A program made the translations under genes and the position numbers. A stretch of DNA of 64,000 bases, from contig NC_090378.1 of assembly GCF_036365525.1 (NCBI RefSeq), forward strand, positions 118,343,593 through 118,407,592, written 5' to 3'. This DNA is from Heterodontus francisci. Lineage: Eukaryota. Below are positions 1 to 13,382 of this stretch, piece after piece. Within the stretch, counting starts at the first letter, position 1. Every line of letters begins with the position of its first letter. The notes under the pieces are model-generated. The model was not told the origin of the DNA and made no database searches. It saw only the letters and a program-made list of their open reading frames with translations.

Positions 1-224
1 TCTGGCGAATGCTGGCAACTGACTCCCACGACTTGTGATCAATGTCACACGATTTCATGTCGCGTTTGCAGACGTCTTTATAACGGAGACATGGACGGCC
101 GGTGGGTCTGATACCAGTGGCGAGCTCGCTGTACAATGTGTCTTTGGGGATCCTGCCATCTTCCATGCGGCTCACATGGCCAAGCCATCTCAAGCGCCGC
201 TGACTCAGTAGTGTGTATAAGCTG
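1..224 (-). mobile_element. RTE-clade (BovB-like) LINE, 5'-truncated copy that continues off the left window edge
   Basis: Reverse complement of 1-224 matches 12892-13115 of the RTE copy with no mismatch by eye (encodes SLYTLLSQRRLRWLGHVSRMEDGRIPKD...). Confidence 0.95.
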
Positions 225-247
225 TATAGTGTGTATAGTGTGTATAA

Positions 248-3200
248 TATATATATTATATATAACTGTGGGATGTGTCAGTACAGGAGGTGGGACTTTG
301 TGTCCATTATTATATATTATATATAACTGTGGGATGCGTCAGTACAGGAGGTGGGACTTTGTGTCCATTACTATATATTATATATAACTGTGGGATGCGT
401 CAGTGCAGGAGGTGGGACTTTGTGTCCATTATTATATATTATATATAACTGTGGGATGCGTCAGTACAGGAGGTGGGACTTTGTGTCCATTACTATATAT
501 TATATATAACTGTGGAATGTGTCAGTACAGGAGGTGGGACTTTGTGTCCAATACTATATATTATATATAACTGTGGGATGCGTCAGTGCAGGAGGTGGGA
601 CTGTGTGTTCATTATTATTTATTATATATAACTGTGGGATGTGTCAGTACAGGAGGTGGGACTTTCTGTCCATTACTATATATTATATATAACTGTGGAA
701 TGTGTCAGTACCGGAGGTGGGACTTTGTGTCCATTACTAGATATTATATATAACTGTGGGATGTGTCAGTACAGGAGGTGGGACTGTGTGTCCATTATTA
801 TATATTATATATAACTGTGGAATGTGTCAGTACAGGAGGTGGGACTTTGTGTCCATTACTATATATTATATATAACTGTGGGATGTGTCAGTACAGGAGG
901 TGGGACTGTGTGTTCATTATTATTTATTATATATAACTGTGGGATGTGTCAGTACAGGAGGTGGGACTTTGTGTCCATTACTATATATTATATATTACTG
1001 TGGAATGTGTCAGTACAGGAGGTGGGACTTTGTGTCCATTACTATATATTATATATAACTGTGGGATGTGTCAGTACAGGAGGTGGGACTGTGTGTTCAT
1101 TATTATTTATTATATATAACTGTGGGATGTGTCAGTACAGGAGGTGGGACTTTGTGTCCATTACTATATATTATATATAACTGTGGGATGCGTCAGTGCA
1201 GGAGGTGGGACTTTGTGTCCATTATTATATATTATATATAACTGTGGGATGCGTCAGTACAGGAGGTGGGACTTTGTGTCCATTACTATATATTATATAT
1301 AACTGTGGAATGTGTCAGTACAGGAGGTGGGACTTTGTGTCCAATACTATATATTATATATAACTGTGGGATGCGTCAGTGCAGGAGGTGGGACTGTGTG
1401 TTCATTATTATTTATTATATATAACTGTGGGATGTGTCAGTACAGGAGGTGGGACTTTCTGTCCATTACTATATATTATATATAACTGTGGAATGTGTCA
1501 GTACCGGAGGTGGGACTTTGTGTCCATTACTAGATATTATATATAACTGTGGGATGTGTCAGTACAGGAGGTGGGACTGTGTGTCCATTATTATATATTA
1601 TATATAACTGTGGAATGTGTCAGTACAGGAGGTGGGACTTTGTGTCCATTACTATATATTATATATAACTGTGGGATGTGTCAGTACAGGAGGTGGGACT
1701 GTGTGTTCATTATTATTTATTATATATAACTGTGGGATGTGTCAGTACAGGAGGTGGGACTTTGTGTCCATTACTATATATTATATATTACTGTGGAATG
1801 TGTCAGTACAGGAGGTGGGACTTTGTGTCCATTACTATATATTATATATAACTGTGGGATGTGTCAGTACAGGAGGTGGGACTGTGTGTTCATTATTATT
1901 TATTATATATAACTGTGGGATGTGTCAGTACAGGAGGTGGGACTTTGTGTCCATTACTATATATTATATATTACTGTGGAATGTGTCAGTACAGGAGGTG
2001 GGACTTTGTGTCCATTACTATATATTATATATAACTGTGGGTTGTGTCAGTACAGGAGGTGGGACTGTGTGTTCATTATTATTTATTATATATAACTGTG
2101 GGATGTGTCAGTACAGGAGGTGGGACTGTGTGTTCATTATTATTTATTATATATAACAGTGGGATGTGTCAGTACAGGAGGTGGGACTGTGTGTCCATTA
2201 TTATAGATTATATATAACTGTGGAATGTGTCAGTGCAGGAGGTGGGACTTTGTGTTCATTATTATTTATTATATATAACTGTGGGATGTGTCAGTACAGG
2301 AGGTGGGACTGTGTGTCCATTATTATATATTATATATTACTGTGGGATGTGTCAGTACAGGAGGTGGGACTGTGTGTCCATTATTATAGATTATATATAA
2401 CTGTGGAATGTGTCAGTGCAGGAGGTGGGACTTTGTGTTCATTATTATTTATTATATATAACTGTGGGATGTGTCAGTACAGGAGGTGGGACTTTGTGTC
2501 CATTACTATATATTATATATAACTGTGGGATGCGTCAGTACAGGAGGTGGGACTGTGTGTTCATTATTATTTATAACATATAACTGTGGGATGTGTCAGT
2601 ACAGGAGGTGGGACTTTGTGTCCATTACCATATATTATATATAACTGTGGGATGTGTCAGTACAGGAGGTGGGACTTTGTGTCCATTACCATATATTATA
2701 TATAACTGTGGGATGCGTCAGTACAGGAGGTGGGATTGTGTGTTCATTATTATTTATAACATATAACTGTGGGATGTGTCAGTACAGGAGGTGGGACATT
2801 GTGTCCATTACCATATATTATATATAACTGTGGGATGTGTCAGTACAGGAGGTGGGACTTTGTGTCCATTACTATATATTATATATAACTGTGGGATGTG
2901 TCAGTACAGGAGGTGGGACTTTGTGTCCATTATTATATATTATATATAACTGTGGGATGCGTCAGTACAGGAGGTGGGACTGTGTATTCATTATTATTTA
3001 TTATATATAACTGTGGGATGCGTCAGTACAGGAGGTGGGATTGTGTGTTCATTATTATTTATAACATATAACTGTGGGATGTGTCAGTACAGGAGGTGGG
3101 ACTTTGTGTCCATTACCATATATTATATATAACTGTGGGATGTGTCAGTACAGGAGGTGGGACTTTGTGTCCATTACTATATATTATATATAACTGTGGG

Positions 3201-6200
3201 ATGTGTCAGTACAGGAGGTGGGACTTTGTGTCCATTACTATATATTATATATAACTGTGGGATGTGTCAGTACCGGAGGTGGGACTTTGTGTCCATTACT
3301 ATATATGAGATATAACTGTGGAATGTGTCAGTACAGGAGGTGGGACTTTGTGTCCATTACTATATATTATATATAACTGTGGAATGTGTCAGTACAGGAG
3401 GTGGGACTTTGTGTCCATTACTATATATTATATATAACTGTGGAATGTGTCAGTTCAGGAGGTGGGACTTTGTGTCCAATACTATATATTATATATAACT
3501 GTGGTATGTTTCATTGCAGGAGGTGGGACTGTGTGTCCATTATTATATATTATATATTACTGTGGGATGTGTCAGAGCGGGAGGTGGGACTGGGTGTCCA
3601 TTATTATATAATATATATTACTTTGGGATGTGTCAGTACAGGAGGTGGGACCGTGTGTGCATTAATATATATTAGATAAACCTGTGGGATGTGTCAGTAC
3701 AGGAGGTGAGTCTGTGTGTCCAAAATTATGCATTATATATAACTGTGGGATGTGTCAGTCCGGGAGGTGTTACTGTTTGTACATTATCATATATTATATA
3801 TAACTATGGGATGTGTCAGTACAGGAGGTGGGACTGTGTGTTCATTATTATTTATTATATATAACTGTGGGATGTGTCAGTACAGGAGGTGGGACTTTGT
3901 GTCCATTACTATATATTATATATAACAGTGGGATGTGTCAGTACAGGAGGTGTGACTGTGAGTCCATTATTATATCTTATATAAACACTGTGGGATGTGT
4001 CAGTGCGGGAGGTGGGACTTTGTGTCCATTACTATATATTATATATAACTGTGGAATGTGTCAGTACAGGAGGTGGGACTTTGTGTCCATTACTATATAT
4101 TATATATAACTGTGGGATGTGTCAGTACAGGAGGTGGGACTTTGTGTCCATTATTATACATTATATATAACTGTGGAATGTGTCAGTACAGGAGGTGGGA
4201 CTTTGTGTCCATTATTATACATTATATATAACTGTGGGATGTGTCAGTACAGGAGGTGGGACTGTGTGTTCATTATTATTTATTATATATAACTGTGGGA
4301 TGTGTCAGTACAGGAGGTGGGACTTTGTGTCCATTACTATATCTTATATATTACTGTGGAATGTGTCAGTACAGGAGGTGGGACTTTGTGTCCATTACTA
4401 TATATTATATATAACTGTGGGATGTGTCAGTACAGGAGGTGGGACTGTGTGTTCATTATTATTTATTATATATAACTGTGGGATGTGCCAGTACAGGAGG
4501 TGGGACTTTGTGTCCATTACTATTTTTTATATATAACTGTGGAATGTGTCAGTACAGGAGGTGGGACTTTGTGTCCATTACTATATATTATATATAACTG
4601 TGGGATGTGCCAGTACAGGAGGTGGGACTTTGTGTCCATTACTATATATTATATGTAACTGTGGGATGTGCCAGTACAGGAGGTGGGACTTTGTGTCCAT
4701 TATTATATATTATATATAACTGTGGGCTGTGTCAGTACAGGAGGTGGGACTGTGTGTCCATTATTATATATTATATATAACTGTGGGATGTGTCAGTACA
4801 GGAGGTGGGACTTTGTGTCCATTACTATATATTATATATAACTGTGGGATGTGTCAGTACAGGAGGTGGGACTGTGTGTCCATTATTATATATTATATAT
4901 AACTGTGGGATGTGTCAGTACAGGAGGTGGGACTTTGTGTCCATTACTATATATTATATATAACTGTGGGATGTGTAAGTGCTTGAGGTGGGACTGTGTG
5001 TTCATTATTATTTATTATATATAACTGTGGGATGTGCCAGTACAGGAGGTGGGACTTTGTGTCCATTACTATTTTTTATATATAACTGTGGAATGTGTCA
5101 GTGCAGGAGGTGGGACTGTGTGTCCATTATTATATATTATATATAACTGTGGGATGTGTCAGTACAGGAGGTGGGACTGTGTGTTCATTATTATTTATTA
5201 TATATAACTGTGGGATGTGCCAGTACAGGAGGTGGGACTTTGTGTCCATTACTATTTTTTATATATAACTGTGGAATGTGTCAGTACAGGAGGTGGGACT
5301 TTGTGTCCATTACTATATACTATATATAACTGTGGGATGTGTCAGTACAGGAGGTGGGACTGTGTGTCCATTATTATATATTGTCTATAACTGTGGGATG
5401 TGTCAGTACAGGAGGTGGGACTTTGTGTCCATTACTATATATTATATATAACTGTGGGATGTGTCAGTACAGGAGGTGGGACTATGTGTCCATTATTATA
5501 TATTATATATAACTGTGGGATGTGTCAGTGCAGGAGGTGGGACTTTGTGTCCATTACTAAATATTATATATAACTGTGGGATGTGTCAGTACAGGAGGTG
5601 GGACTGTGTGTCCATTATTATATATTATATATAACTGTGGGATGTGTCATTACAGGAGGTGGGACTGTGTGTTCATTATTATTTATTATATATAACTGTG
5701 GGATGTGACAGTACAGGAGGTGGGACTGTGCGTCCATTATTATATATTATATATAACTGTGGGATGTGTCAGTACAGGAGGTGGGACTTTGTGTCCATTA
5801 CTATATATTATATATAACTGTGGGATGTGTCAGTACAGGAGGTGGGACTGTGTGTTCATTATTATTTATTATATATAACTGTGGGATGTGTCAGTACAGG
5901 AGGTGGGACTGTATGTCCATTACTATATATTATAAATAACTGTGGAATGTGTCAGTACAGGAGGTGGGACTTTGTGTCCATTACTATATATTATATATAA
6001 CTGTGGAATGTGTCAGTACAGGAGGTGGGACATTGTGTCCATTACTATATATTATATATAACTGTGGAATGTGTCAGTACAGGAGGTGGGACTGGGTGTC
6101 CATTATTATATAATATATATTACTTTGGGATGTGTCAGTACAGGAGGTGGGACCGTGTGTGCATTAATATATATTAGATAAACCTGTGGGATGTGTCAGT

Positions 6201-9200
6201 ACAGGAGGTGAGTCTGTGTGTCCAAAATTATGCATTATATATAACTGTGGGATGTGTCAGTCCGGGAGGTGTTACTGTTTGTACATTATCATATATTATA
6301 TATAACTATGGGATGTGTCAGTACAGGAGGTGGGACTGTGTGTTCATTATTATTTATTATATATAACTGTGGGATGTGTCAGTACAGGAGGTGGGACTTT
6401 GTGTCCATTACTATATATTATATATAACAGTGGGATGTGTCAGTACAGGAGGTGTGACTGTGAGTCCATTATTATATCTTATATAAACACTGTGGGATGT
6501 GTCAGTGCGGGAGGTGGGACTTTGTGTCCATTACTATATATTATATATAACTGTGGAATGTGTCAGTACAGGAGGTGGGACTTTGTGTCCATTACTATAT
6601 ATTATATATAACTGTGGGATGTGTCAGTACAGGAGGTGGGACTTTGTGTCCATTATTATACATTATATATAACTGTGGAATGTGTCAGTACAGGAGGTGG
6701 GACTTTGTGTCCATTACTATACATTATATATAACTGTGGGATATGTCAGTACAGGAGGTGGGACTGTGTGTTCATTATTATTTATTATATATAACTGTGG
6801 GATGTGCCAGTACAGGAGGTGGGACTTTGTGTCCATTATTATATATTATATATAACTGTGGGCTGTGTCAGTACAGGAGGTGGGACTGTGTGTCCATTAT
6901 TATATATTATATATAACTGTGGGATGTGTCAGTACAGGAGGTGGGACTTTGTGTCCATTACTATATATTATATATAACTGTGGGATGTGTCAGTACAGGA
7001 GGTGGGACTGTGTGTCCATTATTATATATTATATATAACTGTGGGATGTGTCAGTACAGGAGGTGGGACTTTGTGTCCTTTACTATATATTATATATAAC
7101 TGTGGGATGTGTAAGTGCTTGAGGTGGGACTGTGTGTTCATTATTATTTATTATATATAACTGTGGGATGTGCCAGTACAGGAGGTGGGACTTTGTGTCC
7201 ATTACTATTTTTTATATATAACTGTGGAATGTGTCAGTGCAGGAGGTGGGACTGTGTGTCCATTATTATATATTATATATAACTGTGGGATGTGTCAGTA
7301 CAGGAGGTGGGACTGTGTGTTCATTATTATTTATTATATATAACTGTGGGATGTGCCAGTACAGGAGGTGGGACTTTGTGTCCATTACTATTTTTTATAT
7401 ATAACTGTGGAATGTGTCAGTACAGGAGGTGGGACTTTGTGTCCATTACTATATACTATATATAACTGTGGGATGTGTCAGTACAGGAGGTGGGACTGTG
7501 TGTCCATTATTATATATTGTCTATAACTGTGGGATGTGTCAGTACAGGAGGTGGGACTTTGTGTCCATTACTATATATTATATATAACTGTGGGATGTGT
7601 CAGTACAGGAGGTGGGACTATGTGTCCATTATTATATATTATATATAACTGTGGGATGTGTCAGTGCAGGAGGTGGGACTTTGTGTCCATTACTAAATAT
7701 TATATATAACTGTGGGATGTGTCAGTACAGGAGGTGGGACTGTGTGTCCATTATTATATATTATATATAACTGTGGGATGTGTCATTACAGGAGGTGGGA
7801 CTGTGTGTTCATTATTATTTATTATATATAACTGTGGGATGTGACAGTACAGGAGGTGGGACTGTGCGTCCATTATTATATATTATATATAACTGTGGGA
7901 TGTGTCAGTACAGGAGGTGGGACTTTGTGTCCATTACTATATATTATATATAACTGTGGGATGTGTCAGTACAGGAGGTGGGACTGTGTGTTCATTATTA
8001 TTTATTATATATAACTGTGGGATGTGTCAGTACAGGAGGTGGGACTGTGAGCCCATTATTATATATTCTAGATAACAGTGGGATGTGTCAGTACAGGAGG
8101 TGGGACTGTGAGTCCATTATTATATCTTATATAAACACTTTGGGATGTGTCAGTGAGGGAGGTGGGACAGTGTGTCCATTATTATATATTATATATAACT
8201 GTGGAATGTGTCAGTGCAGGAGATGGTACCATGTGTCCTTTATTATATATTATATATAACTGTGGGATGTGTCAGTGCTGGAGGTGGGACCGTGTGTGCA
8301 TTATTATATATTATATATAACTGTGGGATATGTCAGTGCAGGAGATGGTACCATGTGTCCTTTATTATATATTATATATAACTGTGGGATGTGTCAGTCC
8401 AGGAGGTGGGACTGTGTGTCCATTATTATATATTATATATAACTGTGGGATATGTCAGTGCAGGAGATGGTACCATGTGTCCTTTATTATATATTATATA
8501 TAACTGTGGGATGTGTCAGTCCAGGAGGTGGGACTGTGTGTCCTTTATTATATATTATATATAACTGTGGGATGTGTCAGTGCTGGAGGTGGGACTGTGT
8601 GTCCTTTATTATGTATTATATATAACTGTGAGATGTGTCAGAATAGGAGGTGGGACTGTGTGTCCATTATTATATAATATATATAACTGTGGGATGTGTC
8701 AGTGCTGGAGGTGGGACTGTGTGTCCTTTATTATGTATTATATATAACTGTGTAATGTGTCAGTACTGGAGGTGAGTCTGTGTGTCCATTATGATATATT
8801 ATGTATAACTGTGTGATGTGTCAGTGCGGGAGGTGTGACTGTTTGTACATTATCATATATTATATATAACTATGGGATGTGTCAGTGCAGGAGGTGGGAC
8901 TGTGAGTCCATTATTATATATTGTATAAACACTGTGGGATGTGTCAGTGCGGGAGGTGGGATTCTGTGTCCATTATTATATATTATATAAACCTGTGGGA
9001 TGTGTAAGTGCTTGAGGTGGGACTGTGTGTCCATTATTATATATTATATATAACTGTGGGATGTGTCAGTGCGGGAGGTGGGACTGTGTGTCAATTATTA
9101 TATATTATATAAACCTGTGGGATGTGTCAGTGCAGGAGGTGGGTCTCTGTGTCCATTATTATATATTATATAAACCTGTGGGATGTGTCAGTACAGGAGG

Positions 9201-11920
9201 TGGGACTGTGTGGACATTATTATATATTATATGTAACTGTGGGATATGTCAGTACAGGAGGTGGGACTCTGTGTCCATTATTATATATTATATATAACTG
9301 TGGGAAGTGTCAGTTCGGGAGGTGGTACTGTGTGTCCATTATTATAGATTATATAAACTTGAGGGATGTGTAAAGGTGGGAGGTGGGGCTGTGTGTCCAT
9401 TATTATATATTATATATAACTGTGGGATGTGTCAGTACGGGAGGTGGTACTGTGTGTCCATTATTATATATTATATGTGACTGTGGGATGTGTCAGCACA
9501 GGAGGTGGGACTGTGTGTCCATTATTATATATTATATATAACTGGGATGTTTCAGTGCAGGAGGTGGGACTGTGTGTCCTTTATTATGTATTATATATAA
9601 GTGTGAGATGTGCCAGTACAAGAGGTGGGACTGTGTGTCCATTATTATATATTATATAAACGTTTGGGATGTGTCAGAGCGGGAGGTGGGACTGTGTGTC
9701 CATTATTATGTATTATATATAACTGTGGGATGTGTCAGTACAGGAGGTGGGACTCTGTGTCCATTATTATGTATTATATATAACTGTGGGATGTGTCAAT
9801 ACAGGAGGTGGGACTCTGTGTCCATTATTATATATTATATATATCTGTGGGATGTGTCAGAGCGGGAGGTAGGACTGTGTGTCCATTATTTTATATTATA
9901 TATAACAGTGGGATGTGACAGTACAGGAGGTGGGACTGTGTGTCCATTATTATATTTTATATAAACCTGTGGGATGTGTCAGTGCAGGAGGTGGGACCGT
10001 GTGTGCATTATTATATATTAGATATAACTGTGGGATGTGTCAGTGCAGGAGGTGGGACTGTGTGTCCATTATTTTATATTAGATATAACTGTGGGATGTG
10101 TCAGCACAGGAGGTGGGACTGTGTGTCCATTATTATATATTATATATAACTGTGGGACGTGTCAGTGCAGGAGGTGGGACTGTGTGTCCATTATTTTATA
10201 TTAGATATAACTGTGGGATGTGTCAGCACAGGAGGTGGGACTGTGTGTCCATTATTATATTTTATATAAACCTGTGGGATGTGTCAGCACAGGAGGTGGG
10301 ACTGTGTGTCCATTATTATATTTTATATAAACCTGTGGGATGTGTCAGTGCCGGAGGTGAGACTGTGTGTCCATTATTATAGATTATATAAACCTGTGGG
10401 ATGTGTCAGTGCAGTAGGTGGGACTCTGTGTCCATTATTATATATTATATAAACCTTTGGGATGTGTCATTGCGGGAGGTGGGACTCTGTGTCCATTATT
10501 ATACATTATATATAACTGTGGGATGTGTCAGTGCAGGAGGTGGGACTCTGTGTCCATTATTATATTTTATATAGAACTGTGGGATGTGTCAGAACATGAG
10601 GTGGGACTGTGTGTCCATTATTATATATTATATATAACTGTGGGATGTGTCAGAGCATGATGTGGGACTGTGTGTCCATTATTATATATTATATATAACA
10701 GTGGGATGTGTCAGTGCAGGAGGTGGTACCGTGTGTCCTTTATTATGTATTATATATAACTGTGAGATGTGCCAGTGCAGGAGGTGGGACTGTGTGTCCA
10801 TTCTTATATATTATATAAACCTTTGGGATGTGTCAGTGCGGGAGGTGGGACTGTGTGTCGATGATGATATATTATATATTACTGCGGGATATGTCAGTAG
10901 AGGAGGTGGGTCTGTGTGTCTATCATTATATATTATATATAAATGTGCTATGTTTCAGTGCAGGAGGTGGGACCGTGTGTCCATTATTAAGTATTATATA
11001 TAACTGTGAGATGTTTCAGTGCAGGACGTGGGACTGTGTGTCCATTATTACATATTATATATAACTGTGGGATGTGTCAGTACGGGAGGTGGGACTGTGT
11101 GTCCTTTATTATATATTATATATAACTGTGAGATATTTCAGTGCAGGACGTGGGACTGTGTGTCCATTATTACATATTATATATAACTGTGGGATGTGTC
11201 AGTACGGGAGGTGGGACTGTGTGTCCATTATTATATATTATATATAACTGTGGGATGTGTCAGTGCCGGAGGTGGGACTGTGTGTCCATTATTATGTATT
11301 ATATATAACTGTGGGATGTGTCAGTCCAGGAGGTGGGACTGTGTGTCCATTATTATATATTATATATAACTGTGGGATGTTTCATTGCGGGAGGTGGGAC
11401 TGTGTGTCTATCATTATATATTATATATAAATGTGCTATGTTTCAGTGCAGGAGGTGGGACCGTGTGTCCATTATTAAGTATTATATATAACTGTGAGAT
11501 GTGCCAGTCCAGGAGGTGGGACTGTGTGTCCTTTATTATATATTATATATAAATGTGCTATGTTTCAGTGCAGGAGGTGGGACCGTGTGTCCATTATTAA
11601 GTATTATATATAACTGTGAGATGTTTCAGTGCAGGACGTGGGACTGTGTGTCCTTTATTATATATTATATGTAACTGTGGGAAGCGCCAGTACAGGAGGT
11701 GGGACTGTGTGTCTATTATTACATATTATATATAACAGTGGGATGTGTCAGTACGGGAGGTGGGACTGTGTGTCCATTATTATATATTATATATTACTGT
11801 GGGATGTGTCAGTACAGGAGGTGGGACTGTGTGTCCATTATTATATATTATATATAACTGTGGGATGTGTCAGTACAGGAGGTGGGACTGTGTGTTCATT
11901 ATTATTTATTATATATAACT
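248..11920. repeat. 61-bp tandem satellite, left block (~190 units)
   Basis: Monomer AACTGTGGGATGTGTCAGTACAGGAGGTGGGACT(G/T)TGTGTCCATTA(T/C)TATATATTATATAT with period 61. Most diverged between ~8000 and ~11800. Confidence 0.98.
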
Positions 11921-13321
11921 GGCTTTCGTGCAGAGAGATTGACTATTGACATGCTGTTCTCCCTTCGTCAGATACAGGAGAAATGCCGTGAACAACAGAT
12001 GCCCCTCTACATTGCTTTCATTGATCTCACCAAAGCCTTTGACCTCGTCAGCAGACGTGGTCTCTTCAGACTACTAGAAAAGATCGGATGTCCACCAAAG
12101 CTACTAAGTATCATCACCTCATTCCATGACAATATGAAAGGCACAATTCAACATGGTGGCTCCTCATCAGAGCCCTTTCCTATCCTGAGTGGTGTGAAAC
12201 AGGGCTGTGTTCTCGCACCCACACTTTTTGGGATTTTCTTCTCCCTGCTGCTTTCACATGCGTTCAAATCCTCTGAAGAAGGAATTTTCCTCCACACAAG
12301 ATCAGGGGGCAGGTTGTTCAACCTTGCCCGTCTAAGAGCGAAGTCCAAAGTACGGAAAGTCCTCATCAGAGAACTCCTCTTTGCTGACGATGCTGCTTTA
12401 ACATCTCACACTGAAGAATGCCTGCAGAGTCTCATCGACAGGTTTGCGTCTGCCTGCAATGAATTTGGCCTAACCATCAGCCTCAAGAAAACGAACATCA
12501 TGGGGCAGGATGTCAGAAATGCTCCATCCATCAATATTGGCGACCACGCTCTGGAAGTGGTTCAAGAGTTCACCTACCTAGGCTCAACTATCACCAGTAA
12601 CCTGTCTCTAGATGCAGAAATCAACAAGCGCATGGGTAAGGCTTCCACTGCTATGTTCAGACTGGCCAAGAGAGTGTGGGAAAATGGCGCACTGACACGG
12701 AACACAAAAGTCCGAGTGTATCAGGCCTGTGTCCTCAGTACCTTGCTCTACGGCAGCGAGGCCTGGACAACGTATGCCAGCCAAGAGCGACGTCTCAATT
12801 CATTCCATCTTCGCTGCCTTCGGAGAATACTTGGCATCAGGTGGCAGGACTATATCTCCAACACAGAAGTCCTTGAAGCGGCCAACATCCCCAGCTTATA
12901 CACACTACTGAGTCAGCGGCGCTTGAGATGGCTTGGCCATGTGAGCCGCATGGAAGATGGCAGGATCCCCAAAGACACATTGTACAGCGAGCTCGCCACT
13001 GGTATCAGACCCACCGGCCGTCCATGTCTCCGTTATAAAGACGTCTGCAAACGCGACATGAAATCGTGTGACATTGATCACAAGTCGTGGGAGTCAGTTG
13101 CCAGCATTCGCCAGAGCTGGCGGGCAGCCATAAAGACAGGGCTAAATTGTGGCGAGTCGAAGAGACTTAGTAGTTGGCAGGAAAAAAGACAGAGGCGCAA
13201 GGGGAGAGCCAACTGTGCAACAGCCCCAACAAACAAATTTCTCTGCAGCACCTGTGGAAGAGCCTGTCACTCCAGAATTGGCCTTTATAGCCACTCCAGG
13301 CGCTGCTTCACAAACCACTGA
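11921..13321 (+). CDS. Partial RTE reverse transcriptase ORF (RT domain plus C-terminal Zn finger, no endonuclease)
   Basis: Uninterrupted frame to the stop at 13319-13321. The first 18 codons of track ORF 11867..13321 are satellite read-through. Confidence 0.85.
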   Translation, partial: GFRAERLTIDMLFSLRQIQEKCREQQMPLYIAFIDLTKAFDLVSRRGLFRLLEKIGCPPKLLSIITSFHDNMKGTIQHGGSSSEPFPILSGVKQGCVLAPTLFGIFFSLLLSHAFKSSEEGIFLHTRSGGRLFNLARLRAKSKVRKVLIRELLFADDAALTSHTEECLQSLIDRFASACNEFGLTISLKKTNIMGQDVRNAPSINIGDHALEVVQEFTYLGSTITSNLSLDAEINKRMGKASTAMFRLAKRVWENGALTRNTKVRVYQACVLSTLLYGSEAWTTYASQERRLNSFHLRCLRRILGIRWQDYISNTEVLEAANIPSLYTLLSQRRLRWLGHVSRMEDGRIPKDTLYSELATGIRPTGRPCLRYKDVCKRDMKSCDIDHKSWESVASIRQSWRAAIKTGLNCGESKRLSSWQEKRQRRKGRANCATAPTNKFLCSTCGRACHSRIGLYSHSRRCFTNH

Positions 13322-13382
13322 CCACCTCCAGGCGCGTATCCATTGTCTCTCGAGATAAGGAGGCCCAAAAGAAGAAAAAAGA
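11921..13382 (+). mobile_element. 5'-truncated RTE-clade (BovB-like) LINE inserted in the satellite, with target-site duplication
   Basis: RT motifs (GFR, FIDLTKAFDLV, GVKQGCVLAPTLF, LFADD, FTYLGS), RLRWLGHV, C-terminal CxxC-x12-H-x3-C, short 3' UTR and A/GAA-rich tail. TSD ATATATAACTG at 11911-11921 and 13383-13393. Confidence 0.95.

Noticed and set aside
11867-11920. Satellite-RTE fusion protein
   Set aside because: GTG start within satellite, a chance in-frame junction, and no promoter evidence.
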